A DNA stretch of 64,000 bases from NCBI GenBank assembly GCA_046582115.1, contig JAYGFA010000047.1, positions 207 through 64,206 of the forward strand, written 5' to 3'. The notes below the pieces were generated by a model, which searched no databases, was not told where the DNA came from, and saw only the letters and a program-made list of their open reading frames with translations. Source of the DNA: Pseudomonadales bacterium. GTDB taxonomy: Bacteria > Pseudomonadota > Gammaproteobacteria > Pseudomonadales > Azotimanducaceae. Below are positions 20,135 to 29,915 of this stretch, one piece after another (position 1 is the stretch's first letter; every line of letters starts with the position of its first letter). Position numbers and translations under genes: made by a program.

Positions 20135-21481
20135 ATGCTCGTTTTCGAAGACAATAACGACGCCATCCCCATTGAACTGGTCAGCTCTGAAACGCTCGAA
20201 TCTTGGCGCTCAGCACAAAACGAAAACACGCTGGCGTGGATGGTTCGTACGCAATTTGAAGGCAAGGCCAACCAACACTTCTTCGTCCCAACAACGAACG
20301 GCCAGCCGGAGCGCGTAATCGCGGGTATTGGTGAACGGCCTTCGATCAACAGCATTGGTGATTTGCCAGTTATTCTGCCTGCTGGCCAATATCGTCTCGA
20401 CGACGCCGCCAAGGCTGTCATCCTCGGTTGGGGCCTCGGCGCTTATCAGTTTGCTGCCTATAAGAATGTGCGCGCCTTACCTAAACTCTACGTGGGTGAA
20501 GATACCTCCGACGTAACAGGCGAGCTGCACGCCATTGCGCTTTGTCGAGATCTGATCAATACCCCTACCTCGGACATGCTTCCCCACCACCTGGAGGGCG
20601 CCGCTCGCAAACTGGCGACACGCCACAACGCGACTATTGAGGTTACGACAGGTGACGAACTGTTAGTCCGTGGATTGAACATTATTCATGCGGTAGGTCG
20701 TGCGAGTTCATCCGCTCCGCGCTTGATCGATATTCATTGGGGTGACACCTCGCAGCCCGCTATCACATTGGTCGGCAAAGGCGTGTGTTTCGACAGTGGC
20801 GGGTTGGACCTTAAATCACATAGCAACATGCGCCTGATGAAAAAAGATATGGGCGGCGCAGCGACCGTCCTCGGTCTCGCCGACCTGATCATGTCTCGTC
20901 GCCTCCCGCTTCGAGTGCGCGTATTGATTCCCGCAGTGGAAAACGCCGTCTCCGCCAACGCCTTCCGACCAGGCGACGTGCTGCATTCGTACTTAGGACT
21001 TACCGTAGAAATTGACAATACGGATGCCGAAGGCCGTCTAATATTATGCGATGCTCTCGCGTTAGCTGCAGAAGAAAACCCGACGATGATCATTGACTAC
21101 GCAACCCTAACAGGAGCCGCGCGCTCAGCGCTCGGAACCGAGCTTCCCGCAATGTTCAGCAACTCAGACCGCTTGGCTGCAGCGGTGATCGACTCGGCGC
21201 TGTCTGCCGAAGATCCTGTTTGGCGTATGCCGTTGTATACCGACTACCGGGCATTGTTGAAAAGTGAAATCGCCGACATCGTTAACTCGGCCAATACGCC
21301 CTATGGTGGTGCGATTACAGCCGCGCTTTTTCTTGAGCGCTTCGTCGGCGAGGTTCCTTGGCTGCACTTTGACATCATGGGATGGAATCTGCGCAAACGA
21401 CCGGCGCATCCCGAAGGTGGCGAAGCCATGGCGCTACGAGCCGTTTTCGAGTTTCTCCGCCGTCGATACGCGGGCGATTAA
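20135..21481 (+). CDS. M17 leucyl aminopeptidase family protein
   Basis: NTDAEGRLILCDAL signature, VGKGVCFDSGG, MKKDMGGAA. Confidence 0.9.
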   Translation: MLVFEDNNDAIPIELVSSETLESWRSAQNENTLAWMVRTQFEGKANQHFFVPTTNGQPERVIAGIGERPSINSIGDLPVILPAGQYRLDDAAKAVILGWGLGAYQFAAYKNVRALPKLYVGEDTSDVTGELHAIALCRDLINTPTSDMLPHHLEGAARKLATRHNATIEVTTGDELLVRGLNIIHAVGRASSSAPRLIDIHWGDTSQPAITLVGKGVCFDSGGLDLKSHSNMRLMKKDMGGAATVLGLADLIMSRRLPLRVRVLIPAVENAVSANAFRPGDVLHSYLGLTVEIDNTDAEGRLILCDALALAAEENPTMIIDYATLTGAARSALGTELPAMFSNSDRLAAAVIDSALSAEDPVWRMPLYTDYRALLKSEIADIVNSANTPYGGAITAALFLERFVGEVPWLHFDIMGWNLRKRPAHPEGGEAMALRAVFEFLRRRYAGD

Positions 21482-21494
21482 TTCCCAGACTTGT

Positions 21495-22889
21495 ATGGAC
21501 ATCTTTATTCACAATACCCGCACGCGGAAGAAGGAACGCTTCGAACCAGCATCGCAAAACGACGTGCGCATCTATGTGTGCGGCCCCACCGTCTACGACC
21601 GAGTGCATATCGGAAATGGACGACCCGCCGTTGTCTTCGACGTCCTGGTCCGAGTGTTACGGCTTTACTACAAGAACGTACGTTATGTCCGCAACATTAC
21701 TGACATTGACGACAAGATCAATACAGCGGCCCGAGCTGCCACCGAACGCATCGCTGAGTTTACGGATCGCTTGGCAGCTGCCTATCAAAAAGATGTCGCT
21801 GCGTTGGGGGTGCTGGAGCCCACGGTTGAGCCTCGCGCTACAGGCCACATTCCCGAAATCATCGACATGATCAAACTGCTGGTCGAACGCGGACACGCCT
21901 ACGAAGCCGAAGGGCACGTGCTTTTTGATGTTCAAAGCGACCCAGGCTATGGCAGCTTGTCACGACGTTCCTTGACCGACATGCTCGACGGCGCTCGCGT
22001 CGAAGTGGCACCGTATAAGCGGGATCCAAAGGACTTCGTTCTATGGAAGCCGTCGACTGACGACCTCCCAGGTTGGGGTAGTCCCTGGGGTCGGGGACGA
22101 CCCGGATGGCATATTGAATGTTCCGCGATGATCCATAAACATCTTGGCCCCACTATCGACATCCACGGCGGTGGCAACGACCTAACGTTTCCGCATCACG
22201 AAAACGAACTTGCGCAAGGACGATGTGCCGGGGACCACGCCGATTATGTGCGTTACTGGATGCATAACGGAATGCTCACGATGGGGAGCGAAAAAATGTC
22301 GAAGAGCATCGGTAACATCGTCACCATCCACGAACTCCTCAAAACGCACGATGGCGAGGTACTGCGTTACGCCCTGCTCTCAGGCCAGTACCGTCAGAGC
22401 CTAGTGTGGGAAGAACGGTTGCTAGAGCAAGCTCGGTCGAGTCTTGACACACTGTATCAAGCCCTGCGCACAGCGACCGCTAATAGCCTAAATACGGCTC
22501 GGTTCTACGCCAATTCACCCGCATCCGAATTTCCCGATGCAGTGCTCGAAGCGCTAGCCGATGATTTGAACACCCCCGTGGCTCTTGCTGCGCTGCATGC
22601 ACTCGCAGGCAAAATTCACGGTGCTGATAGCGAAACGGAAAAGTCCAATCTTCGAGAACAATTACTCGCCGGCGGTTGGCTAATGGGCATCCTGAGTACC
22701 CCGGTAGAGCAATACTTTCAGACTGACGCTGCCCTTGATAATACCTCGATCCAGGCGCTCATCGATGAACGCCAAGCCGCCCGTACAGCGAAAGATTTTG
22801 CCCGAGCAGACCAAATACGCGATCAGCTAATGGCAAGCGGGATTGAACTGGAAGACACGGTCGAGGGTACTCGCTGGAGAACATTTTAA
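21495..22889 (+). CDS. cysS: cysteine--tRNA ligase
   Basis: HIGN (HIGH) and KMSKS motifs, and WHIECSAM. Start at ATG 21495 (MDIFIHNTRTRKKE), not the 541-aa extension that overlaps the upstream gene. Confidence 0.95.
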   Translation: MDIFIHNTRTRKKERFEPASQNDVRIYVCGPTVYDRVHIGNGRPAVVFDVLVRVLRLYYKNVRYVRNITDIDDKINTAARAATERIAEFTDRLAAAYQKDVAALGVLEPTVEPRATGHIPEIIDMIKLLVERGHAYEAEGHVLFDVQSDPGYGSLSRRSLTDMLDGARVEVAPYKRDPKDFVLWKPSTDDLPGWGSPWGRGRPGWHIECSAMIHKHLGPTIDIHGGGNDLTFPHHENELAQGRCAGDHADYVRYWMHNGMLTMGSEKMSKSIGNIVTIHELLKTHDGEVLRYALLSGQYRQSLVWEERLLEQARSSLDTLYQALRTATANSLNTARFYANSPASEFPDAVLEALADDLNTPVALAALHALAGKIHGADSETEKSNLREQLLAGGWLMGILSTPVEQYFQTDAALDNTSIQALIDERQAARTAKDFARADQIRDQLMASGIELEDTVEGTRWRTF

Positions 22890-22988
22890 GCATTATCGCC
22901 GCGCTTCGATTCTAATTTTTCTGGTACGCACTAGCCTACCCCCGTATATTGCGGCGCGAGCGTAACTATGTGTGCGCTGAAACCAATT

Positions 22989-23167
22989 GTTTCGAGTGAA
23001 CGGGAAGTCGGTGCGATTCCGACACTGTCCCCGCAACGGTAAAGTAGATCAAAGCATCGCGTGTCGGCTAATAGCGACGCTGCAAGCCACTGGCTTAATC
23101 CTGCTGGTAAGGCGCGAGCGCTATTTCAAAAGAAACGTCTACCAAGTCCGGAGACCGGCTCGAACCG
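22989..23167 (+). promoter_or_regulatory. cobalamin (B12) riboswitch
   Basis: Conserved core AACGGGAAGTCGGTGCGATTCCGACACTGTCCCCGCAACGGTAAAG, then GCCACTGG...GGTAAGGCG, then B12 box AAGTCCGGAGACCGGC (23144-23159). P1 pairing TTCGAG (22991-96) / CTCGAA (23160-65). Sits directly upstream of a TonB-dependent receptor. Confidence 0.85.
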
Positions 23168-23210
23168 TATCCATCTGCCATTCGCGGAGTGACGAAGGAG
23201 GATTGTTCCA

Positions 23211-25067
23211 ATGTGTTTAACTTCTTTTCGGCGCCTACGGGTTGTCACAATTTCAACCTTCTTTTGCGGTTTCTGTGCCTTCGCAGACGAAGAAATCATT
23301 ACCGAAATAATTGTGAGTGCAAGCCGACTAGAAACCACCGAACAGCCGGTCCACGTACTTGAGATCGACGACCAGACAGGACCTCTCATGGCTGTGGACC
23401 TACTTCGCGGGATATCAAGCGTCGCTGTTTCTCAATCGGGCAACCGGGGTTCTTTAACACAATTACGTCTTCGCGGAGCGGAGGCAAATCATGTCATGGT
23501 ATTAATCGATGGCGTGCAGGCAAACGACCCTGCCATCGGATCGGAATTCAATTTTGGCACTCTCCACGGTATCGGTATCAGGCGTATTGAGGTCCTGAAT
23601 GGCCCGCAGAGTGCAGTGCATGGAGCTAACGCACTAGCCGGCATTATCTTTATAGACACGACCCCCGACGCCGACCGCACTTCTGCGTATCTTGGGATAG
23701 GAACGGAACAAACCATCACTTCCTCTATCGACTTCGCACGAGTTAAACCCGGTGGGCACATCAGCACTTCAATCGCGAGCACCAAAAGCGATGGAACCAA
23801 CGTTTCACTATTTGGTAACGAAAACGACGCGTTTAAGAACAACAACTTTAATTTCAACGCCAAACGCTCGGTTGCTGACTGGACGGTAAAAATGACCTCT
23901 CGGTTAACTCGGACATGGGCCGACTTCGATCCAACACCCTATCCGGCATTCGTTCCCGTCGACGGCGATCTGCGCAACAATACAGACCAGAGATTAATTG
24001 GTGTATCCGGGGCTTGGAGTGGTTCGGACTACTGGACACCCACAGTTCACCTCGCAAATACCCGCGCACGGTTAAGTAATGTCTCCGATGGATCCGTTAC
24101 TGACAGCAGTATAGGCAAGCGGCGTAACATTACGTTCTCCAACAACTTTAGCTTTTGGAATGGCCAGCGGCTGAACGTAACAGTGGGACATCAGACGGAA
24201 GAATTACTTCGGCACGGCGTCCCGAGTGCGTACGGTGACCCTAACCAAAGTCAACAAACCCGGTCATTCAATATCGCCGCTGAATATCTCTATACCTGGC
24301 AGCCCGTCGCAGCATCATTTTCGATTAGGCACGATCAAAACAGTTTGTTCGAGGATGCTACGACTTTTGGCATCGGTGGTAGTGTTCTTCTTCGATCTAC
24401 AAAGTGGTTCGCTCGAATCGCTTCGGGAATCAAGAATCCATCCTTTACGGAACGTTTCGGCTACACGCCTGACACGTTCGTCGGCAACCCTGATCTAACG
24501 CCCGAATCATCGGTAGAGTTTCAGGTAGGCGTACGGCGATCTTGGCGCGATTTAAATCTTTCGCTTGTATATTTCGACGCTAACCTCAGGGACGAAATCG
24601 ACGGGTTTTTTTACGACTCCATCAACATGGGTTTCACGGCTAGGAATATCAGTGGCACGAGTCATCGATCCGGCACCGAAGCAACCGTCGAGATACAAAG
24701 AGGATCACATTCATTGGACGCGAATTACAGCGTAATCAATAGCACTGAATCTGGACGTCGTGAAGTACGCCGACCACGAACCCTTGGCCGGATAAATTAT
24801 ACGTTCCGTGTCGGCAACCGTTGGCGTCTAGCGGCTGTGTTCACGCATACCGGGAGTCAAATCGACATTGATTACTCTACCTACCCCGGAACCCGTCGGC
24901 GACTTGATCCCTACCAACTGGTAAATATGGGTGCGACCTTTCACGTGAGTCCCCATCTTCACCTCCAACTTTTCGTGGAAAACCTATTCAACGCAAAATC
25001 ACAAGACGTATTCGGTTATCGTAGCCCAGGTACCGCGATACATGGCGGGATCCGCGCATCATTATAA
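23211..25067 (+). CDS. btuB: TonB-dependent receptor, vitamin B12 transporter BtuB-like
   Basis: Signal peptide ...FCAFA|DEE, a TonB-box-like EIIVSASR, a plug domain (NRGSLTQLRLRGAEANHVMVLIDG) and beta-barrel repeats. Preceded by the B12 riboswitch. Confidence 0.85.
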   Translation: MCLTSFRRLRVVTISTFFCGFCAFADEEIITEIIVSASRLETTEQPVHVLEIDDQTGPLMAVDLLRGISSVAVSQSGNRGSLTQLRLRGAEANHVMVLIDGVQANDPAIGSEFNFGTLHGIGIRRIEVLNGPQSAVHGANALAGIIFIDTTPDADRTSAYLGIGTEQTITSSIDFARVKPGGHISTSIASTKSDGTNVSLFGNENDAFKNNNFNFNAKRSVADWTVKMTSRLTRTWADFDPTPYPAFVPVDGDLRNNTDQRLIGVSGAWSGSDYWTPTVHLANTRARLSNVSDGSVTDSSIGKRRNITFSNNFSFWNGQRLNVTVGHQTEELLRHGVPSAYGDPNQSQQTRSFNIAAEYLYTWQPVAASFSIRHDQNSLFEDATTFGIGGSVLLRSTKWFARIASGIKNPSFTERFGYTPDTFVGNPDLTPESSVEFQVGVRRSWRDLNLSLVYFDANLRDEIDGFFYDSINMGFTARNISGTSHRSGTEATVEIQRGSHSLDANYSVINSTESGRREVRRPRTLGRINYTFRVGNRWRLAAVFTHTGSQIDIDYSTYPGTRRRLDPYQLVNMGATFHVSPHLHLQLFVENLFNAKSQDVFGYRSPGTAIHGGIRASL

Positions 25068-25090
25068 ATAGCGACTCAATCGGCCTGCAC

Positions 25091-26467
25091 GTGGGGGCAA
25101 TGTGGGATGAAAGTATCGTTCCAACGCTCCACGAATACATTCGTATACCAAATAAGTCTCCAGCTTTTGATCGAGACTGGGAAAAACACGGTTACATGGA
25201 CGATGCCGCAAATCTACTCGTCGACTGGGTCGCCCAAACGGACATTACAGGATTAATGCACCGCGTGGTTCGCTTGGAAGGACGCACGCCCCTCATCCTC
25301 ATCGAGATCCCAGGCGAATGTGGCAACGTCTTAATGTACGGGCACTTTGACAAACAACCCGAATTCAGCGGTTGGGTGGAGGGGCTTGGTCCATGGACTC
25401 CAATCGAAAAAGACGGTCGGCTGTACGGACGAGGCGGCGCCGACGATGGCTACGCGATCTTCGCTAGCCTTGCGGCGATTAGTGCGTTACAAGCCCAGAA
25501 CCTTCCGCACCCTCGGTGTCTGATCCTCGTTGAAAGCTGTGAAGAAAGTGGTAGTTACGATCTTCCCAGCTATATCGACCATTTGAAGGACGAGATCGGT
25601 GAACCCGAACTGGTCATTTGCTTGGACGCGGAATGTGGAAATTACGATCAACTTTGGTTGACGACGTCGTTACGCGGGACATTGAGCGGAACGCTTAACG
25701 TTGAAGTACTTTCCGAGGGCGTACATTCCGGTGCAGCAGGAGGGATTGTACCGTCGAGTTTTCGGCTACTCCGCCAGTTACTCGACCGGGTTGAGAATGC
25801 GGTCTCGGGAAAACTACTCGACTTTCTTCAGGTCCCGATTAGTGCCGATGTTCGCGCGCAAGCTAACCGAGTCGCCTCGGTCCTCGGACCCACCGTACTC
25901 GATCGTTTCCCCTGGTCGGGTAAAACCCGACCTACGACTAACTCGTCAAGCGAATTGGTCTTAGCCAATACCTGGGGGAGTAGCATGGCAGTCGTGGGTC
26001 TCGCGGGAGCTCCAGACCCCTCAAACGCCGGTAATACATTGCGGCCTTCAACAGCGGCAAAACTTGTCTTCCGTCTACCCCCATCACTGGACGCGAACGA
26101 AGCCGCGAATCGGGTCAAATCAGTGTTCGAAAAGGATCCGCCACAAGGCGCCACCGTGTCCTTCGACCTCGAGAGTCCACAAACTGGGTGGTATGCGAAA
26201 AGTCTGTCCCCAACCCTATTGGCCTCGCTCGAACGGAGTTCGAAAACTTTTTTTGGGGCCCCGATGATGACCATGGGGACAGGTGGGACAATCCCATTTA
26301 TGAAAATGCTGGGGGATCGATTTCCCTCGTGTCAGTTCTTCGTGACGGGTGTTCTCGGCCCACATTCCAATGCCCATGGACCGAATGAATTTCTCCACAT
26401 CGACACTGGAAAACGCGTGACGTGCTGCGTCGCCGAGGTTCTAGCCGACCGAGCATTGACACCGTAA
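25091..26467 (+). CDS. M20 family dipeptidase/metallohydrolase
   Basis: YGHFDKQP, GRGGADDGYA, VESCEESGS (canonical EE). GTG start. Confidence 0.8.
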   Translation: MGAMWDESIVPTLHEYIRIPNKSPAFDRDWEKHGYMDDAANLLVDWVAQTDITGLMHRVVRLEGRTPLILIEIPGECGNVLMYGHFDKQPEFSGWVEGLGPWTPIEKDGRLYGRGGADDGYAIFASLAAISALQAQNLPHPRCLILVESCEESGSYDLPSYIDHLKDEIGEPELVICLDAECGNYDQLWLTTSLRGTLSGTLNVEVLSEGVHSGAAGGIVPSSFRLLRQLLDRVENAVSGKLLDFLQVPISADVRAQANRVASVLGPTVLDRFPWSGKTRPTTNSSSELVLANTWGSSMAVVGLAGAPDPSNAGNTLRPSTAAKLVFRLPPSLDANEAANRVKSVFEKDPPQGATVSFDLESPQTGWYAKSLSPTLLASLERSSKTFFGAPMMTMGTGGTIPFMKMLGDRFPSCQFFVTGVLGPHSNAHGPNEFLHIDTGKRVTCCVAEVLADRALTP

Positions 26468-26510
26468 CCTGTTTGAAGCGCGGCCATTCGTCGCAGCTCC
26501 CTAATATCCA

Positions 26511-27110
26511 CTAAGCCAAGTGCGCTCTCAACTTGCTATGGCGTCCAAATTGAGCCTCGAGAAACGACATCTGGTCCCCGAGAATTCGTCCGCTGTTGGT
26601 CAACGCAAGATACTCAGCGACATTCGGCACATAGGGTAAGGCAAGTATTTCCATCCCGCATTCGTGCGGTAACCGGCTACCTTTGAAGTGATTGCACCGC
26701 TTGCACGCAGCCAGCACATTATCCCAACGATCATCGCCACCTCGAGATTTGGGCACGACATGGTCACGCGTGAGTTTTGAATCAGGGAAAGACCCGCCAC
26801 AGTACAAACACAGATTGTGATCACGGGCAAAAAGGGCTTTATTTGTCATCGGTGGCCCGCTTCGATCAACCGCAACGACACGGCCGTTGCACGCGATAAT
26901 GCTGTGCACTTCCAGCGATGTCTGGCTACCGTCGCGGCGGGAATGCCCGCCCCGAATCCTCAATATGGACTTTCCATGGGTCCACACGACCAGTCGGCGC
27001 ACATATAGACACACCGCGTCCTGCCAGCTCACCCAATCAACTGGCTGTCCCCCCACATTAAGCCGGAGGATTCGCGGGACACGATCGAAGTCGTCCAACG
27101 TCGCTAACAT
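26511..27110 (-). CDS. HNH endonuclease
   Basis: DHVVPKSRGGDDRWDNVLAACKRCNHFK HNH motif. Start ATG 27110 is preceded by GGAAGGA. Confidence 0.85.
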   Translation of the reverse strand: MLATLDDFDRVPRILRLNVGGQPVDWVSWQDAVCLYVRRLVVWTHGKSILRIRGGHSRRDGSQTSLEVHSIIACNGRVVAVDRSGPPMTNKALFARDHNLCLYCGGSFPDSKLTRDHVVPKSRGGDDRWDNVLAACKRCNHFKGSRLPHECGMEILALPYVPNVAEYLALTNSGRILGDQMSFLEAQFGRHSKLRAHLA

Positions 27111-27216
27111 AAATCTATCCTTCCACCCGCCGCGTATCATGACCAATCGCGAAAAGCTGTCAACTCGCTCCTGCACGATGACTTTATAGGTTGCGCAGCT
27201 TGAGCGGAGAGCTACG

Positions 27217-28074
27217 TTAATGCATCCCTAGGTATCCGCCCCGGATCGCCGGTTCACCCGCCGTGTTATATGCCGTAAACCACACGTGACTGTCTGCTGA
27301 CCCATTGACTTCAAGCGTAACGGTACCCGGCATCAAAACCATGGCACTGAAGCGACAAGCGTATCGCTTGACCCGGTGGGCATTGCCATCGAGTAGGTTG
27401 TTCACAAGGCAAGAGATAGCGAGCGCAAGCGTCGCCGTGCCGTGGAGAATGATGTCGGGCAGGCCCGCGGCTCGTGCGATTTCGCGGTCCGTATGGATCG
27501 GGTTGTAGATCCGCGCGCACTCAGTATATACGTGCGCGGCTTGGGCACTTACCGGGATGACAAACCGCTGACCGGTTTCGGTGCCGGGCGGGATTTCGGG
27601 TAGCATAGGTGCGCGCTCGATCTCCCTGTCTCCACCAATAACGCTCACCCCGCGAGATAGTCCGCCCTGGTGGGTGGACACGATCAGATTCGATTCTTCA
27701 TCTCTGGTTTCGAGCCGCATCATCTGAAATGCCCCTGCTTTGCGCTGCTCCACCGATGTAATTGTGGCGCGCGTATAAAGGGATTCGTTTGGACGGATCG
27801 GACGGTGGATAAGGACATCGTGGGAAGCATGCACCCCCGAACGCGCTTCTTCCGGCGTCATGCTTTCTGAGCCCTCGACACGTTGCGCATCGAGGACAAC
27901 CGGCCACTCGGGACACACAGAAAAAACCGGGTGCACAGTAAGTTCCTGCGTCGTGTCGTAGTAGTTGGCAGATATCTCTCCGATGCCCGCCGCGTAGGAC
28001 ATCAACCAGCGTTTTTCTGCCACGTGGCGAAAACGCTTAGTGGACTTTCCCACGGTCGAAGAATTCATCGGCAC
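27217..28074 (-). CDS. MaoC-like (double hot-dog) dehydratase family protein
   Basis: C-terminal half YNPIHTDREIARAAGLPDIILHGTATLA (MaoC hydratase motif). The N-terminal half is also hot-dog-like. Confidence 0.7.
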   Translation of the reverse strand: MPMNSSTVGKSTKRFRHVAEKRWLMSYAAGIGEISANYYDTTQELTVHPVFSVCPEWPVVLDAQRVEGSESMTPEEARSGVHASHDVLIHRPIRPNESLYTRATITSVEQRKAGAFQMMRLETRDEESNLIVSTHQGGLSRGVSVIGGDREIERAPMLPEIPPGTETGQRFVIPVSAQAAHVYTECARIYNPIHTDREIARAAGLPDIILHGTATLALAISCLVNNLLDGNAHRVKRYACRFSAMVLMPGTVTLEVNGSADSHVWFTAYNTAGEPAIRGGYLGMH

Positions 28075-28128
28075 GGAACGGCTCCTGCTTTTTGACAGAT
28101 CATAAACGAATAGGCACAGTCACCCGCC

Positions 28129-28779
28129 ATGATCTGGCGACGGTCCACGGCGTGTCTGATTGCGTTCCTATTGCTCGGAGGCTGTGTTTCTACCATACCC
28201 GTAGTTGAAACTCCGTTGCCCGTTACCGCCAAAGACAACTGGTTCTGCGACATGGGGGTCGAGAATCAGACCTGGGAGTGCGTCAAAAACTACGTTCCAA
28301 GTGGATCAAAGAAACGGCTGACGCGCTCCTCACCTGCGCCAGATAGGACGATTCCAAATACGCCGGTGACACCGGTTAAAGATAGCAACACCTCTGTAGG
28401 AACCCGCTCTCGCGAACTTAGTAACGGGCTGCCACTTTACCTACGCCTTGCTTTTATGTCGGGCCAATCTGTCGATCTCGTCGACCTTCCGCCCGACTAT
28501 TTCGCCGTGCAGTTGTTTGCTGTATCCAACAAGGACGCGCTCGAAAAATTCGTACGCGAGCAGAAGCTCCGGGGCCTATCGGCCACGCGTATTGCGCGAG
28601 GTGACCAACTATTTTTCGTGTTGCTGCTTGGTATTTACTCTGATGAAAGCACTGCCCGATTGGCCGCGGCCAACATGCCCGATAGCCTCAACAACCTGAC
28701 GCCATGGGTTCGGCGGCTCGGTTCTCTACAAGACGCTATGCGTCGTGGGGATGATCTCATGGGTACGCCACATATTTAG
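28129..28779 (+). CDS. SPOR domain lipoprotein
   Basis: Lipobox LLLGG|C after a charged N-terminus. The C-terminal 80 aa (YFAVQLFAVSNKDALEKFV...FFVLLLGIYSDESTARLAA) are typical of a SPOR domain. Confidence 0.75.
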   Translation: MIWRRSTACLIAFLLLGGCVSTIPVVETPLPVTAKDNWFCDMGVENQTWECVKNYVPSGSKKRLTRSSPAPDRTIPNTPVTPVKDSNTSVGTRSRELSNGLPLYLRLAFMSGQSVDLVDLPPDYFAVQLFAVSNKDALEKFVREQKLRGLSATRIARGDQLFFVLLLGIYSDESTARLAAANMPDSLNNLTPWVRRLGSLQDAMRRGDDLMGTPHI

Positions 28780-28805
28780 ACGGCGCGATACACAGCCGAC
28801 AATAG

Positions 28806-29177
28806 TTACGTCCCGATGTCCGCGTCGTCGTCGACGGGAATAAAGAGGCACGTTCTCGACTTGCCATCCACCGCAGCACTCTTGTGGCCCCGCCCGGTGG
28901 TGTCCTCCGCGAGCAGAATCTCGCCCGGACCGAGTCGCCGTGCCGTGCCATCACCCACCGTGATGTCCACCGACCCAGTTAAATTCACCACAAGCTGTCG
29001 CCGCGGCGCGTTGTGAAAATCAAGGTCATAGGTCGCGTCGACTTCCCGAAACATTACCCCACTGCCCCGAATCAACCTGGAAATTCGACCTCCCAAGCCG
29101 CGATCTTCTAACGCAATAGCCACATCTTCAAAATGCGACTCACCATCCTCACCGGTAAAGACGCGGACTACGTACAC
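28806..29177 (-). CDS. cupin domain protein
   Basis: 123-aa beta-rich ORF with a cupin-like pattern (FHNAPRRQLVVNLTG...GEILLAEDTTGRGH). Confidence 0.5.
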   Translation of the reverse strand: MYVVRVFTGEDGESHFEDVAIALEDRGLGGRISRLIRGSGVMFREVDATYDLDFHNAPRRQLVVNLTGSVDITVGDGTARRLGPGEILLAEDTTGRGHKSAAVDGKSRTCLFIPVDDDADIGT

Positions 29178-29273
29178 GACGTGTGGATCCTGCTCGCTTC
29201 TATGTCACGCATACAAAAAGCGAGGTGTTTAGGTCTGCGAAATCTAGTCATATCGTTAAAGCAATCGCCAGAA

Positions 29274-29753
29274 TTAAAGCACCTCGAGAATCGCCTCGGC
29301 TTTACTTACTTCTAATTGACCGGGATCCTCGACCGCTAAATTCGAGACAACACAGTCATCAACGACCATGGCATAGCGCTGTGATCGGGTTCCAAGACCA
29401 AAGCCGCTGCCATCCATCTCCAGACCAAGCGCCTTGGTAAAATCTCCATTACCGTCGCCTACCATGGTGATGGCTTCGGCATTCCTATCGTCACCCCACG
29501 CGCCCATTACGAAGGCGTCGTTGACGGCGATACAAACGATGTCATCAACCCCCTTCGACCGAATCGCATCCGCATTGTCCACGTAACCAGGCAGGTGTGC
29601 CTGTGAACACGTCGGTGTAAACGCACCTGGGACCGCAAAAACGACGACTTTCTTGCCGCCAAACAATTCGGCGGTCGTGACCGGCGTTGGTCGTCCATCT
29701 CGCATCGTATGCATCGTTGCTTCGGGGAGCTTATCCCCTTCCTCAATCGCCAT
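29274..29753 (-). CDS. peroxiredoxin, Prx5 subfamily
   Basis: PGAFTPTCS peroxidatic Cys motif. Start ATG 29753 is preceded by AAAGGAA. Confidence 0.9.
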   Translation of the reverse strand: MAIEEGDKLPEATMHTMRDGRPTPVTTAELFGGKKVVVFAVPGAFTPTCSQAHLPGYVDNADAIRSKGVDDIVCIAVNDAFVMGAWGDDRNAEAITMVGDGNGDFTKALGLEMDGSGFGLGTRSQRYAMVVDDCVVSNLAVEDPGQLEVSKAEAILEVL

Positions 29754-29915
29754 ATAAATTCCTTTCAAATCTTACTCGATCACTTGAAGTCTGCGGTGTT
29801 CGTCGCTTTGGTTCAACCAACCGATAGCAAGACACCGATTCAAAGATCCCGTCTCGCCGCAACCCCGGTCCTCACCCAGATGGGATGCTCAATCAAATTC
29901 AGCTAATGTGACGGC

